Sequence record: MH791411.1
DNA: 64,000 nucleotides
Reading direction: 5' to 3' (one strand)
Below are positions 17,700-26,740 of the stretch, in pieces; within the stretch, counting starts at the first letter, position 1; every line of letters begins with the position of its first letter. The notes under the pieces were generated by a model. It made no database searches, had not been told where the DNA came from, and was given only the letters and a program-made list of their open reading frames with translations. The position numbers and the translations under genes were made by a program.

Positions 17700-19600
17700 A
17701 GTTTTCTTTCTATATAGGAGTACTATTATTCAGTACTGCAATCATCCAGGGGAACTATCTTTCTATATAGGAGTACTATTATTCAGTACTGAATCAATCC
17801 ACTAAATCATCCCTATACCCCGTAAAACGTCCTCAGACGCATTCTAACGCATTAATACACATAAGCTATACATTTGCACCATTCCAATCATTCCAGGGCT
17901 TTACAGGCCGTTTAAACGCGTTAAATTATTTTCAATTATTTTGTTTTTAGGTATTGACTTGATCCTGAAAAAGCGTATAATTACTACATAGACGCGAGAA
18001 AGCGGATACCCCAGGGGGTGGGAAGATCCGTCCAAAATTCAAGATATAAAAAAAGGATACACTCCCGCACCCTAGCAGGTAAACGCACTTTCTCAGTACT
18101 GAAATATAGTACCATAGTCCGGCCCAGGATAGCAAGCAAATTAATTAAAACTTTTTTGCTTCCAGGGTATTGCTTTATTTTTCCAGTACTGTATAATAGT
18201 TCCATCAAGTCGAGAAAGACTCAAGCCCACCGGGTGCATAGTTACGCCCAAAATTCAGTACTGAAAAAATTTTTAAAAATATCCGGCCAGGCCGTTGACA
18301 TTGCCCCCAGTTTATAAGATAATGATTCCAGATTCAGAAAAATCTAACACCAGATACTGCGGGGAAACTATCCCCACGCGGTAGGGGAACTATTGGAAAA
18401 AACAAAATAAAATTTTGATTTAGCCGTCTATACTTCCAGACGTGTAACCATCTAGCCGTTTAGCCGTCCAAACGTCTAGCCATCCAGCCATCCAGAAATC
18501 TAGCCGTTTAGCCGTCTAGATGGATAGCCATCTTTACTTCCAGACTTCTGGAGGGCTAGACATATCTACGCCCAAAATCCATCCAGGGTAACTACGCCCA
18601 AAATCCGTCAGTACTATACCATAGATCTATCTTTTGAAAGGGAGTATTCAGTACTGCCATCATAGCCCTCACTATGTTACCCTAGGAGGATGAAGACCAT
18701 CATGTAGTACTGAATACTGTTAGAGGGAATCCACCAGCTTGTGCTGGTGGCATAATGCTTTAGATTAAAATCAGTACTGACACCATTCTGTTAATATCAG
18801 TACTGTTATTACGATTTTCATATGAGGTTCAAAAAGATGTACCACCACAGGAGGAACTATCTTTTCTGTACTGTCTCACGACAGGAGGTAGAGTAAATGA
18901 ATTGTTCGCAGCAACTCATCACCCTATGTAGAACATTATACAGTACTGAATCATAAAGTCAATAACTTTCTTTCATCTTTCAGTACTGATATTCTTGAGA
19001 ACTACCCGACTACAAACATCATTATATCCCACAAATCATAAACGTCCCAACGTAAATTTCAACTTTCGAAGATCCAACTTTTATTTCATAGGTACTCCAA
19101 AATTTTTAGGATCGAGATTTAGGATGGAGTACTAACCAACTTTTTGCTGGAGCCTCAAGGGGTAATGGAATTTTACCCCGAAGGGTAAAGGGGTAATTGA
19201 AATTAAGGTGAAAGTAATAATTCAGTACTAATCATTGCGTGATTACTTTTGATTACATTTGATGTAATTTGCAAAATGGAAAAGGAGCTTGGAAACTACA
19301 AAGTACGGCAGACTTCCTCTGCCTACTTAGTGGGATATCGCCACCTTCAGTACTGAATACTTTTAGGGCAGTACTGAATCCTTCCCTAGCATTCTTGAGT
19401 AATCTTGTCTATAATAATCAGTACTGAATCATATATAATCATTCTGTGATTCTACGGTGCTCATATAAATGTTTATATATGATTACTTATGACTACATAT
19501 GATTACGGGGTTTAGCCTGGGGAGAATCCTAGTGATCGCATTTGTCCAGGCTGAATTTTAACAATTCTTCTAATTGTTAAAGCCTGTCCAATGCTTTCCC
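17700..19600. other. long repeat-rich non-coding region (candidate genome terminus/origin)
   Basis: no credible CDS; direct repeat 17706-17738/17759-17791; TAGCCGT/CCATCCAG repeats 18420-18560; TACGCCCAAAAT x3. Confidence 0.6.
18420..18610. repeat. iteron-like short repeats
   Basis: TAGCCGT(C/T) x5, (A/G)CCATC(C/T)AG repeats, CTACGCCCAAAATCC x2. Confidence 0.75.
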
Positions 19601-19629
19601 TGCGGAGCTTCCCCTGTCTATATGTTGAA

Positions 19630-19836
19630 TTACTTCCTATATATAAGCATTAACATATAGTAGTACTGATTATGCTGTACATTCTCTTTAATATTATAAG
19701 GGTCTATAGCAATCTCGGTACATCTGTTAAATGCATATCTATTAAATGCCAGTACTATTATAGATCTAATCCATGCTTGGTCAGTCGGTGGTAGTTTACT
19801 TATATAGTACTCTTTATAGTTTTTTATGTTCTGCAT
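19630..19836 (-). CDS. mini-paralog family protein
   Basis: EYYxxxL...C...YxxhLxLIY pattern. Confidence 0.8.
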   Translation of the reverse strand: MQNIKNYKEYYISKLPPTDQAWIRSIIVLAFNRYAFNRCTEIAIDPYNIKENVQHNQYYYMLMLIYRK

Positions 19837-19847
19837 AGTATACCTTA

Positions 19848-20039
19848 TTATTTCAAAGTACCATATAGTACTCTTAATAGGAAGTAGTACGTATTAGAGA
19901 TATCATTAGTAGTTAAAACAATCTTTGTACACATATTAAATTCGTATTGAGTCATTGCCAGGGGGATTAAATTGTTAACCCATGCTTGTTCGTTTTCTTT
20001 TAGTTTACTTATATAGAAATCTTTATGTTCTTTATTCAT
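19848..20039 (-). CDS. mini-paralog family protein
   Basis: family pattern. Confidence 0.8.
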   Translation of the reverse strand: MNKEHKDFYISKLKENEQAWVNNLIPLAMTQYEFNMCTKIVLTTNDISNTYYFLLRVLYGTLK

Positions 20040-20241
20040 ATAGGAATAGTATACCTATGATGCCGGAGTACATATTAGTACTGTTATTATTGTCGTTTGC
20101 GTTTAAAGTCATTTGAATACAATTATTGTAGCATACTCTGCCGAAATAAGTATCAGTACTTAAAGGTGCTGTAGTCCTTAGAAACATTTGTTCTGTGGGG
20201 CTGAGGTGTTTGGAGTAGAATTCTTTATGTTCTTTATTCAT
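20032..20241 (-). CDS. mini-paralog family protein
   Basis: close paralog of 20615-20821. Confidence 0.8.
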   Translation of the reverse strand: MNKEHKEFYSKHLSPTEQMFLRTTAPLSTDTYFGRVCYNNCIQMTLNANDNNNSTNMYSGIIGILFLYE

Positions 20242-20246
20242 ATTAG

Positions 20247-20432
20247 TTAGTGTCTGTATATAAGTAATAGTAAGAATACGTACTGCACCTGTTCATCTTT
20301 AGTATTGAGTACTGTACGTATTGCGTCATGGAACAAGAATATAGTACTTGGGTCATTAGAATTTAAGGGGTTTACGGGGACGGCGTGTTTGTAGTTCCCT
20401 TTAACAAATTGTGTGTAGTATTCTCTATGCAT
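20247..20432 (-). CDS. mini-paralog family protein
   Basis: family pattern. Confidence 0.8.
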   Translation of the reverse strand: MHREYYTQFVKGNYKHAVPVNPLNSNDPSTIFLFHDAIRTVLNTKDEQVQYVFLLLLIYRH

Positions 20433-20433
20433 A

Positions 20434-20622
20434 TCAGTACCTATATATTAGGGCGAGAATGTAGTACAGTTTATATGTATTATAATCTGGGTTGATAGCA
20501 CATAGTGTGTGGTAGTGGAATTGTTTGGTATTTTTCTTATCCTTGATATCTATTGGGTTTAGTGGTATAAGCATTTGGGAGTTTAGTTCCAGATGGTTTA
20601 AGTAGAATTCTTTGTTATTCAT
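20434..20622 (-). CDS. mini-paralog family protein
   Basis: family pattern. Confidence 0.8.
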   Translation of the reverse strand: MNNKEFYLNHLELNSQMLIPLNPIDIKDKKNTKQFHYHTLCAINPDYNTYKLYYILALIYRY

Positions 20623-20821
20623 AGAAGAATATTAGTCCCATTACGCCTGAGTACTGAATATTTTTGTTATTGTTTTCTAAAGCTTCTAGAGTAATACGTA
20701 TACAATTATTAAAGCAATCTCTGGCGTGTGGTGTATCTAAACTTAAAGGTGATACACTCCTTAGAAACATTTGTTCTGATGCACTGAGGTGTTTGGTGTA
20801 AAATTCTTTCTGTTCGTTCAT
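20615..20821 (-). CDS. mini-paralog family protein
   Basis: close paralog of 20032-20241. Confidence 0.8.
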   Translation of the reverse strand: MNEQKEFYTKHLSASEQMFLRSVSPLSLDTPHARDCFNNCIRITLEALENNNKNIQYSGVMGLIFFYE

Positions 20822-20831
20822 ATTGGCCTCT

Positions 20832-21020
20832 TTAGTACACGAAAGCTAGGTACAGGGTATGATACAGTACTCGATGATAGCTATCAAAATCTAGTATACA
20901 TGCTTTAGTGCACATAGTAAAGTACACTTTATCGTTTTGAGCATTGATACCGCGAGGTTTATCTAATAGATTAGTACTGAGGTACATTGGGAAATATTTT
21001 GTGTAGTATTCTTTATGCAT
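20832..21020 (-). CDS. mini-paralog family protein
   Basis: start at MHKEYY. Confidence 0.8.
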   Translation of the reverse strand: MHKEYYTKYFPMYLSTNLLDKPRGINAQNDKVYFTMCTKACILDFDSYHRVLYHTLYLAFVY

Positions 21021-21021
21021 A

Positions 21022-21210
21022 TTAGTACCTGAATATAAGTAGGATAGTGTTATATAATTGGTCATAGCTACTACTATTTTCTATACTGCGTTCTATGCAA
21101 TTATTGAATCCCAGTACTGCCAAATCGTTATCCAGGGGGACTTTATATCTGGCGTAGTGTTCAAAAATACTGGGGAGAAATTGTGTGTAGTATTCTTTGT
21201 GGTTGTTCAT
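21022..21210 (-). CDS. mini-paralog family protein
   Basis: family pattern. Confidence 0.8.
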   Translation of the reverse strand: MNNHKEYYTQFLPSIFEHYARYKVPLDNDLAVLGFNNCIERSIENSSSYDQLYNTILLIFRY

Positions 21211-21211
21211 A

Positions 21212-21403
21212 TTAGTACTTATATATTAGTAAAAGGATGTGATACAGTACTCTATTATAGTCCTCAATATCTATCGAGGATTTAGTGCACTTAATGAAAT
21301 AGTCTTTTTCGTAGTCTTTTTCTATACTCAATTGTTTTGTTGGTACAAGGTGTTGGAGATACATTGGGAGTTTCTCTATGTAGTATTCTTTGTGGTTATT
21401 CAT
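21212..21403 (-). CDS. mini-paralog family protein
   Basis: family pattern. Confidence 0.8.
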   Translation of the reverse strand: MNNHKEYYIEKLPMYLQHLVPTKQLSIEKDYEKDYFIKCTKSSIDIEDYNRVLYHILLLIYKY

Positions 21404-21411
21404 ATTATGTG

Positions 21412-21585
21412 TTATTTCGTGAAAACAAGGGTTAGTACTGCATAGTACAAGTCATACGTATCTTTAGGGTTAATAGCACCTTTAATACATTCTTTCATTA
21501 CTTCATTATAGATAATTTTAGTACTGAATGTATTGGATGTTACTATATCGGAATTAAGGTACGAGAGGTAGAATTCTTTATACAT
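21412..21585 (-). CDS. mini-paralog family protein
   Basis: start at MYKEFY. Confidence 0.75.
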   Translation of the reverse strand: MYKEFYLSYLNSDIVTSNTFSTKIIYNEVMKECIKGAINPKDTYDLYYAVLTLVFTK

Positions 21586-22237
21586 AGTTTGTAATATACG
21601 TAATGAGGTGATGAAATTTCTTATCAGTACTGATAAGTTCCTGTACATGTTTTGTTAGTTTGTACGCGTTTTTATAGAGTCCTGGATTATCGATTACAGT
21701 ACTGTACATGAATTCTTCTTCCTCGGATAATTCTTTGTGTTCTAGTTCTTTGAGGAATTGCAGTACTGTATCAGTTTCGTTAGTACGTTGCTTTTGGAAG
21801 AAGTGCATGTTATCGTGTATTTTTTCTGAACCCATGCAGTACATATCGCCGATTTGGAATTGTGCAGTACTGATATCATGGGTGCTATTACAATTCCCGA
21901 AGAAGTATACATTCCCGAAAGATAGAATTATAGTGCACGGGATATTATCCATGTGTATATAGATAGATGCATTCTTTAGTGCTTTTGTGCTGGTATTAGT
22001 ACTCAATACTTTTAAATCAGTATTATAGATATTAATAAAAGCAAGAGCTATATTATTTTTCTTCAAGTACGATTTGAGGTTCTTAGATACGAGAACATTT
22101 CTGGATTTTTTCTTTTTATTTCGTTTCTTTAGTACATTTGGGTCGTAAGTATATACTGGTGTAAAAGATTCTGCTTGAATACTGTTGAGGTATTTAAAGT
22201 GCTTAAGGTATTGTTTACTGTGTGCATTAAGTTTCAT
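21578..22237 (-). CDS. hypothetical protein, basic N-terminus, EExxFxxS motif family
   Basis: 219 aa; KKRNKKKK patch; EEEFMYS. Confidence 0.8.
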   Translation of the reverse strand: MKLNAHSKQYLKHFKYLNSIQAESFTPVYTYDPNVLKKRNKKKKSRNVLVSKNLKSYLKKNNIALAFINIYNTDLKVLSTNTSTKALKNASIYIHMDNIPCTIILSFGNVYFFGNCNSTHDISTAQFQIGDMYCMGSEKIHDNMHFFQKQRTNETDTVLQFLKELEHKELSEEEEFMYSTVIDNPGLYKNAYKLTKHVQELISTDKKFHHLITYITNYV

Positions 22238-22248
22238 TTGGTTTTCCT

Positions 22249-22428
22249 TTATACAGATGCGAGAGCGAGGATTTCCCTGAAGGGATTATCTTTTGTTAGT
22301 GCGTGATGAATGCAGCTATTGAGATTAATATTTTTAGTACTGTTAGTTGCCAGGTTGTAGTACTTCACGAAGGTGTCGTACATGAAACGGTCTTTAATGC
22401 TTATGTGTTCTATATAGTATTCTTGCAT
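22249..22428 (-). CDS. mini-paralog family protein (59 aa, not in ORF track)
   Basis: hand-translated MQEYYIEHIS...FREILAL. Confidence 0.75.
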   Translation of the reverse strand: MQEYYIEHISIKDRFMYDTFVKYYNLATNSTKNINLNSCIHHALTKDNPFREILALASV

Positions 22429-22436
22429 ATTATTCC

Positions 22437-22625
22437 TTACATAGAGATGAGTTTCAGTACATCAATATACATATAACGTTCAGATGACATTACACGGGTA
22501 GTGATAATCTCAATCGATATATTTTTAATTCCATGTGCAGATGATTGATGGTGCTGAATAAATGAGTTGTGCATACTTTGTTCTATGTGGTTTAGTTTAT
22601 TGAAGTAGTACTCAAAAGTGTTCAT
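22437..22625 (-). CDS. mini-paralog family protein
   Basis: ends YIDVLKLISM. Confidence 0.8.
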   Translation of the reverse strand: MNTFEYYFNKLNHIEQSMHNSFIQHHQSSAHGIKNISIEIITTRVMSSERYMYIDVLKLISM

Positions 22626-22632
22626 GTCTACC

Positions 22633-22812
22633 TTAGATTGAGATTAGTTTAAGTACTTCTCTGTACGTGTACTTTTCGTTTTGTGCTTCTACTGTACATG
22701 ATAGTAGGTATCGTTTTTTATCTCTTTTGTTCCCGACTGTGTAGTACCTTTGGAATTTATTATAGTTGTATCTATCTTTGTGCTGGAGGTTATAGATATA
22801 GAATTCTTGCAT
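22633..22812 (-). CDS. mini-paralog family protein (59 aa, not in ORF track)
   Basis: hand-translated MQEFYIYNL...YTYREVLKLISI. Confidence 0.8.
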   Translation of the reverse strand: MQEFYIYNLQHKDRYNYNKFQRYYTVGNKRDKKRYLLSCTVEAQNEKYTYREVLKLISI

Positions 22813-22820
22813 AGAGTACC

Positions 22821-23006
22821 TTATATTGCTATCAGTTTGAGTACTTCAATATATGTGCGGTACTCTGCTTTAATTAAATTTGTACACACTGTAAGGGAAT
22901 TTCTTTGTATAAGTTTATTGCCGCTTTTATACGCATTTCTCCACACATAGAGATGAGATCTTTCAGGCATAGATAGTTTATTTGTATAGTACTCAAATGT
23001 ATTCAT
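22821..23006 (-). CDS. mini-paralog family protein
   Basis: ends YIEVLKLIAI. Confidence 0.8.
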   Translation of the reverse strand: MNTFEYYTNKLSMPERSHLYVWRNAYKSGNKLIQRNSLTVCTNLIKAEYRTYIEVLKLIAI

Positions 23007-23014
23007 ATATTACC

Positions 23015-23197
23015 TCAAATAGAGATTAGTTTAAGTACTTCTCTGTATGTGTACTTTTCGTTTTGTGCATCTCTTGTGCTTGTATATAGGTATCCTCGAC
23101 GATATTTGTTGCTCCCGTTCTTGTAGTTGAATTCGAACTTATTGTAGATGAATCTATCGCCAGGCTGTAATTTACTTAAGTACAATTCAATGCTCAT
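23015..23197 (-). CDS. mini-paralog family protein
   Basis: start at MSIELY; ends YTYREVLKLISI. Confidence 0.8.
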   Translation of the reverse strand: MSIELYLSKLQPGDRFIYNKFEFNYKNGSNKYRRGYLYTSTRDAQNEKYTYREVLKLISI

Positions 23198-23207
23198 AGT
23201 ATTCTCT

Positions 23208-23393
23208 TTACATATCAATAAGTTTCAGTACTGCTCTGTACGTGTACTTAGTTGTTAGTGCTTCTTTTATAGCAATACAGAAGTAATGTTGTTTGTCTCT
23301 TATACTACCGCGTTTGTAGTACCATACATTGGAGTTGTGGGTGTACTTGTCCCTGTCGGATAGATTTAGGTAATAGTATAATATATGATTCAT
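23208..23393 (-). CDS. mini-paralog family protein
   Basis: ends YTYRAVLKLIDM. Confidence 0.8.
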   Translation of the reverse strand: MNHILYYYLNLSDRDKYTHNSNVWYYKRGSIRDKQHYFCIAIKEALTTKYTYRAVLKLIDM

Positions 23394-23602
23394 GGTAATG
23401 TAATTAGCCTTATTATGTTAAAGTACTCGGTCCCTGGTACACCTTGTAGAATATTATCAACTACATTTTCTTGGTGCAGGATTAATACATTCGGTGCGGT
23501 TCTTTTAAGGTTTTTTAAAGTACTGTATTCTTGTTTAAGGATGAACTGTACATCTTTAGGGAGAATATCTAAGTAGTACTGGTGTATGTTCATAGTTTTC
23601 AT
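23390..23602 (-). CDS. mini-paralog family protein
   Basis: family pattern. Confidence 0.75.
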   Translation of the reverse strand: MKTMNIHQYYLDILPKDVQFILKQEYSTLKNLKRTAPNVLILHQENVVDNILQGVPGTEYFNIIRLITLP

Positions 23603-23613
23603 ATAGTACTCTT

Positions 23614-23799
23614 TTAGAACTTAAAGATGAGGTTCATGATAGATAAGTACTTAGTTTCAGGAAATTGATGTTCTATTGCATAACGTGTCTCCAGTCTGAA
23701 GTCAAATTTATAAAAGGGACTATTCATATCCATAGGTTCATTGGGAAATGAATCTCTGTATTGTTTGTGCAGCTTACTACAGTAGAATTCTTTATACAT
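23614..23799 (-). CDS. mini-paralog family protein
   Basis: family pattern. Confidence 0.8.
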   Translation of the reverse strand: MYKEFYCSKLHKQYRDSFPNEPMDMNSPFYKFDFRLETRYAIEHQFPETKYLSIMNLIFKF

Positions 23800-23800
23800 A

Positions 23801-24013
23801 TTAGTGCTCGATTAAAAGGGTTAGGATGTAATAGTATTGCATACTTTCTACCCCTTGTACAGCATTTCTTATTTTATTATTCCTGTACGAGTTCAAGAGT
23901 TTAGGACAATGTTTGAAGTTTATATAATTATTTTGTGTATACAGTAGGCTTTCTCGTAGACCTTTTGTTGGTAGTGCATCGATGTAGTACTGTTCAATGT
24001 TCATAGTGTTCAT
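23801..24013 (-). CDS. mini-paralog family protein
   Basis: similar to 23390-23602. Confidence 0.75.
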   Translation of the reverse strand: MNTMNIEQYYIDALPTKGLRESLLYTQNNYINFKHCPKLLNSYRNNKIRNAVQGVESMQYYYILTLLIEH

Positions 24014-24237
24014 AGAGCTACCAGTACTAAGATTTTTGATAATTGTTTGTTTCTATCCCCGCAGATGTTGTTGTGTAAAATGCTCACTACAAGGGTATCA
24101 AGTGCATTGTTCAGCATAAGGTTACATCCAGTACTGTTATATTTTTTTAGCTCAATTAGCCACGAACAATCCGCGAGAAATTTCCCGTACTCTAGTTCAT
24201 TTAGCGTATTAATGTAGTACTTAAGTGTAGTTGTCAT
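24010..24237 (-). CDS. mini-paralog family protein (first in operon)
   Basis: YYINTL...hLxLV; AGGAG RBS. Confidence 0.75.
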   Translation of the reverse strand: MTTTLKYYINTLNELEYGKFLADCSWLIELKKYNSTGCNLMLNNALDTLVVSILHNNICGDRNKQLSKILVLVAL

Positions 24238-24262
24238 GTGTAGTTCTCCTTATATTCCTTCT

Positions 24263-24291
24263 ATAGTACACCAGTACTGAAAGGATGTCAA
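24263..24291 (-). promoter_or_regulatory. sigma70 promoter of mini-paralog operon
   Basis: TTGACA-N17-TACTAT. Confidence 0.8.
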
Positions 24292-24308
24292 GGGTTTTGT
24301 TTATGGGG

Positions 24309-24316
24309 TATAAATA
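24309..24316 (+). promoter_or_regulatory. T4-type late promoter
   Basis: TATAAATA upstream of first RCC1-like gene. Confidence 0.75.
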
Positions 24317-24343
24317 TGATATAATGAATAAAGGAGAAGAAAT

Positions 24344-25492
24344 ATGTTACCTTTTGTTAGAATGTTTGATTATGGGAATGAAGCACCTACCAACTCTGGG
24401 CGTTTTAAAATATATTCCAGTGATTCTATGTATCTTCATGATACTTATACTGACAAGTTGTATGCATCTTCTGCGACGAATTGGGGTACTGGTACAGGTG
24501 TAGCATCGAGTAAATTTATTCTTTGTGCGGAGAATGTTAAACGAGTTCTATTGGAAGATAACAGTAGTGATTGTCAATTGTATGAAGAGAAAGGTACTGG
24601 AAAAGTTTTTATCACTGGTAACACGAAGGCATTCACTGGTGTAACTGATAGAAAAACTTTGTGGACGGACTGTACTACGTGGATAACATCAAGTGGTATT
24701 AATGTTTCTGATATAAAATACATGAGTAGTTTTTATGATATGAAGGTGAATTTGATAACAAACGATGGTACATTGTATTGTTGTGGAGCTAACAATATAT
24801 CGAACATATCATCATTTGGTGATGGCACAAACATTAATTCTTTTAACACATTCAAAAGAGTAGATACTATAACTTCGGTTAAAAAGGCAGTTGGTAACAT
24901 TTATTTGCGAGAAGATAATACTTTATGGGGTTGTGGTTTTAACTATTACTACCAGTTGGGCACGGGTAATCAAACTTCTATTACTGGGGTGACGATGATT
25001 TCTTCGGATGTTATAGATTTTAATGTAAGTTATCAGAGTACATTTTTTATCAAATCGGATAATAATTTGTACGCTTGTGGTAAACAGTTCGGTGCACAAT
25101 ATGGGAACGAATTTGGTACAGGTGGTACTTCTACATCTACAGATATACAATATAAAACTCCCACATTATTGAGTGCAGGTGTTTATAGTTTATATACTTG
25201 TGTTGGTAACATGGCATCACATATAGTTAAAGGTGATGAAGTACTTTATGCATCTGGAAGCAACTCGTCTGGTCAATTAGGTGTTGGTAATAATAATAAT
25301 CAGTACTCCTATACTCCTTCATATACTTCGTTTAATACCTCTTGTAATTTGGTACGCACCCCATCTGGTTCACTTATACTTACTGATACTGGAAAATTAT
25401 ATTATTGTGGCCTTGCAATAGTAGTAATGGGTGGTATTTCTGGACAGAACGTTCTTAATTATACAGAAGTCGATATGTCATTTTTGCAGTAA
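24344..25492 (+). CDS. RCC1-like beta-propeller protein 1 (probable virion accessory protein)
   Basis: MLPFVRMFDYGN leader; LYxCGxNxxGQLG repeats. Confidence 0.85.
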   Translation: MLPFVRMFDYGNEAPTNSGRFKIYSSDSMYLHDTYTDKLYASSATNWGTGTGVASSKFILCAENVKRVLLEDNSSDCQLYEEKGTGKVFITGNTKAFTGVTDRKTLWTDCTTWITSSGINVSDIKYMSSFYDMKVNLITNDGTLYCCGANNISNISSFGDGTNINSFNTFKRVDTITSVKKAVGNIYLREDNTLWGCGFNYYYQLGTGNQTSITGVTMISSDVIDFNVSYQSTFFIKSDNNLYACGKQFGAQYGNEFGTGGTSTSTDIQYKTPTLLSAGVYSLYTCVGNMASHIVKGDEVLYASGSNSSGQLGVGNNNNQYSYTPSYTSFNTSCNLVRTPSGSLILTDTGKLYYCGLAIVVMGGISGQNVLNYTEVDMSFLQ

Positions 25493-25559
25493 ATTAATAT
25501 GCCAGTACTTGATACTGGCTTTTTTGATTAAATATAGTATAATGAATAAAGGAGGAAAT

Positions 25560-26669
25560 ATGTTACCTTTTGTAAGAATGGTTAAGTACGGGAATATTGC
25601 ACCAGTACCGAAAAAAATAAAGAAAGTTATAGCAGGATATGATAATTTATATGTACTATATGGTGATGGTTCGCTATATGGTTGTGGAATCAATAACTAT
25701 CAACAGTTAAATATTGATGGAACTGCTACACAAAATAATTGGGTACTAATTACCAATGGTGTTAGTAATGCATGGGCTGGTGGATACAATATTTTATATT
25801 TGAAAGAAGATAAATTTATAATGCACGGAACTAATGTCTCATTAGGTTTAGGAAATACTACAATTCCATTAGGTGGAGTAGATGTAACTTCTTCATTCCC
25901 AGATATCTCTAATATTAAAATGATATCCATTGGTTTTGATTCAATGCACTATGTTAGTGCTGATGGTACAACTGTATATGGAAGAGGTATGAACACAAAT
26001 GGTTCTGTTGGTTCAGGTAGTACTTACTCACAGAGTACTTTCACTTCAGTACTGAATAATGGAACTAATCAGGTTATTGATATATTTGGTAACGTTAATA
26101 ATACAGTGCTTCTAACATCGAATGGTGAGCTTCGAGCATGTGGGACAAGTGCTTATGGTTCTATAGGAAATGAAACTGGTAAGTGGACATCGTTTGGTTT
26201 AAAATTATCTGGCACTAAAATAATGGGTGGTAATGGGTATAGTACGCTTGCATATACAAATTCGGGAATGTACCACTCAGGGTGGCAGTTAAATGGGGAA
26301 CTAGGAAATGGTTTAGATACTAACGTACAGGTATATCCATTTCAATTTAACTCTAAAACGATAGATAGCAAGATAGATAAAATTGCCAAATCATCATCTG
26401 GGTCATATGTTAACATGTACTCAACAACAGAAGGAAAGATATATACGACAGGTTCGTTTGGTAAAAACGGGTCAACTACTGCATTGAATTTGTTCACCAA
26501 TACATTAACACTTATAAATTACAATCCAGATACCGCCTCGTTGTATACGTGCACAAACTTCAGTGTTGTGTATGATGGTAATGAAACTATTGCTGTAAGT
26601 GGTAGTCCTACATATGTACCAGGGGGCGTTGCCGCTAATAGATGGACTACAATTCCATTACCCAAGTAA
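25560..26669 (+). CDS. RCC1-like beta-propeller protein 2
   Basis: MLPFVRMVKYGN leader; start corrected to RBS-preceded ATG. Confidence 0.85.
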   Translation: MLPFVRMVKYGNIAPVPKKIKKVIAGYDNLYVLYGDGSLYGCGINNYQQLNIDGTATQNNWVLITNGVSNAWAGGYNILYLKEDKFIMHGTNVSLGLGNTTIPLGGVDVTSSFPDISNIKMISIGFDSMHYVSADGTTVYGRGMNTNGSVGSGSTYSQSTFTSVLNNGTNQVIDIFGNVNNTVLLTSNGELRACGTSAYGSIGNETGKWTSFGLKLSGTKIMGGNGYSTLAYTNSGMYHSGWQLNGELGNGLDTNVQVYPFQFNSKTIDSKIDKIAKSSSGSYVNMYSTTEGKIYTTGSFGKNGSTTALNLFTNTLTLINYNPDTASLYTCTNFSVVYDGNETIAVSGSPTYVPGGVAANRWTTIPLPK

Positions 26670-26740
26670 TACTATGCCAGTACTTGAGTACTGGCTTTTC
26701 TTTTTGATTAAATATAGTATAATGAATAAAGGAGGGAAAT

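Noticed and set aside
997-18317. Plus-strand ORFs in the early region and ORFs at 17947-18317
   Set aside because: They are antisense shadows of real genes or of promoter repeats, lack an RBS and have atypical composition
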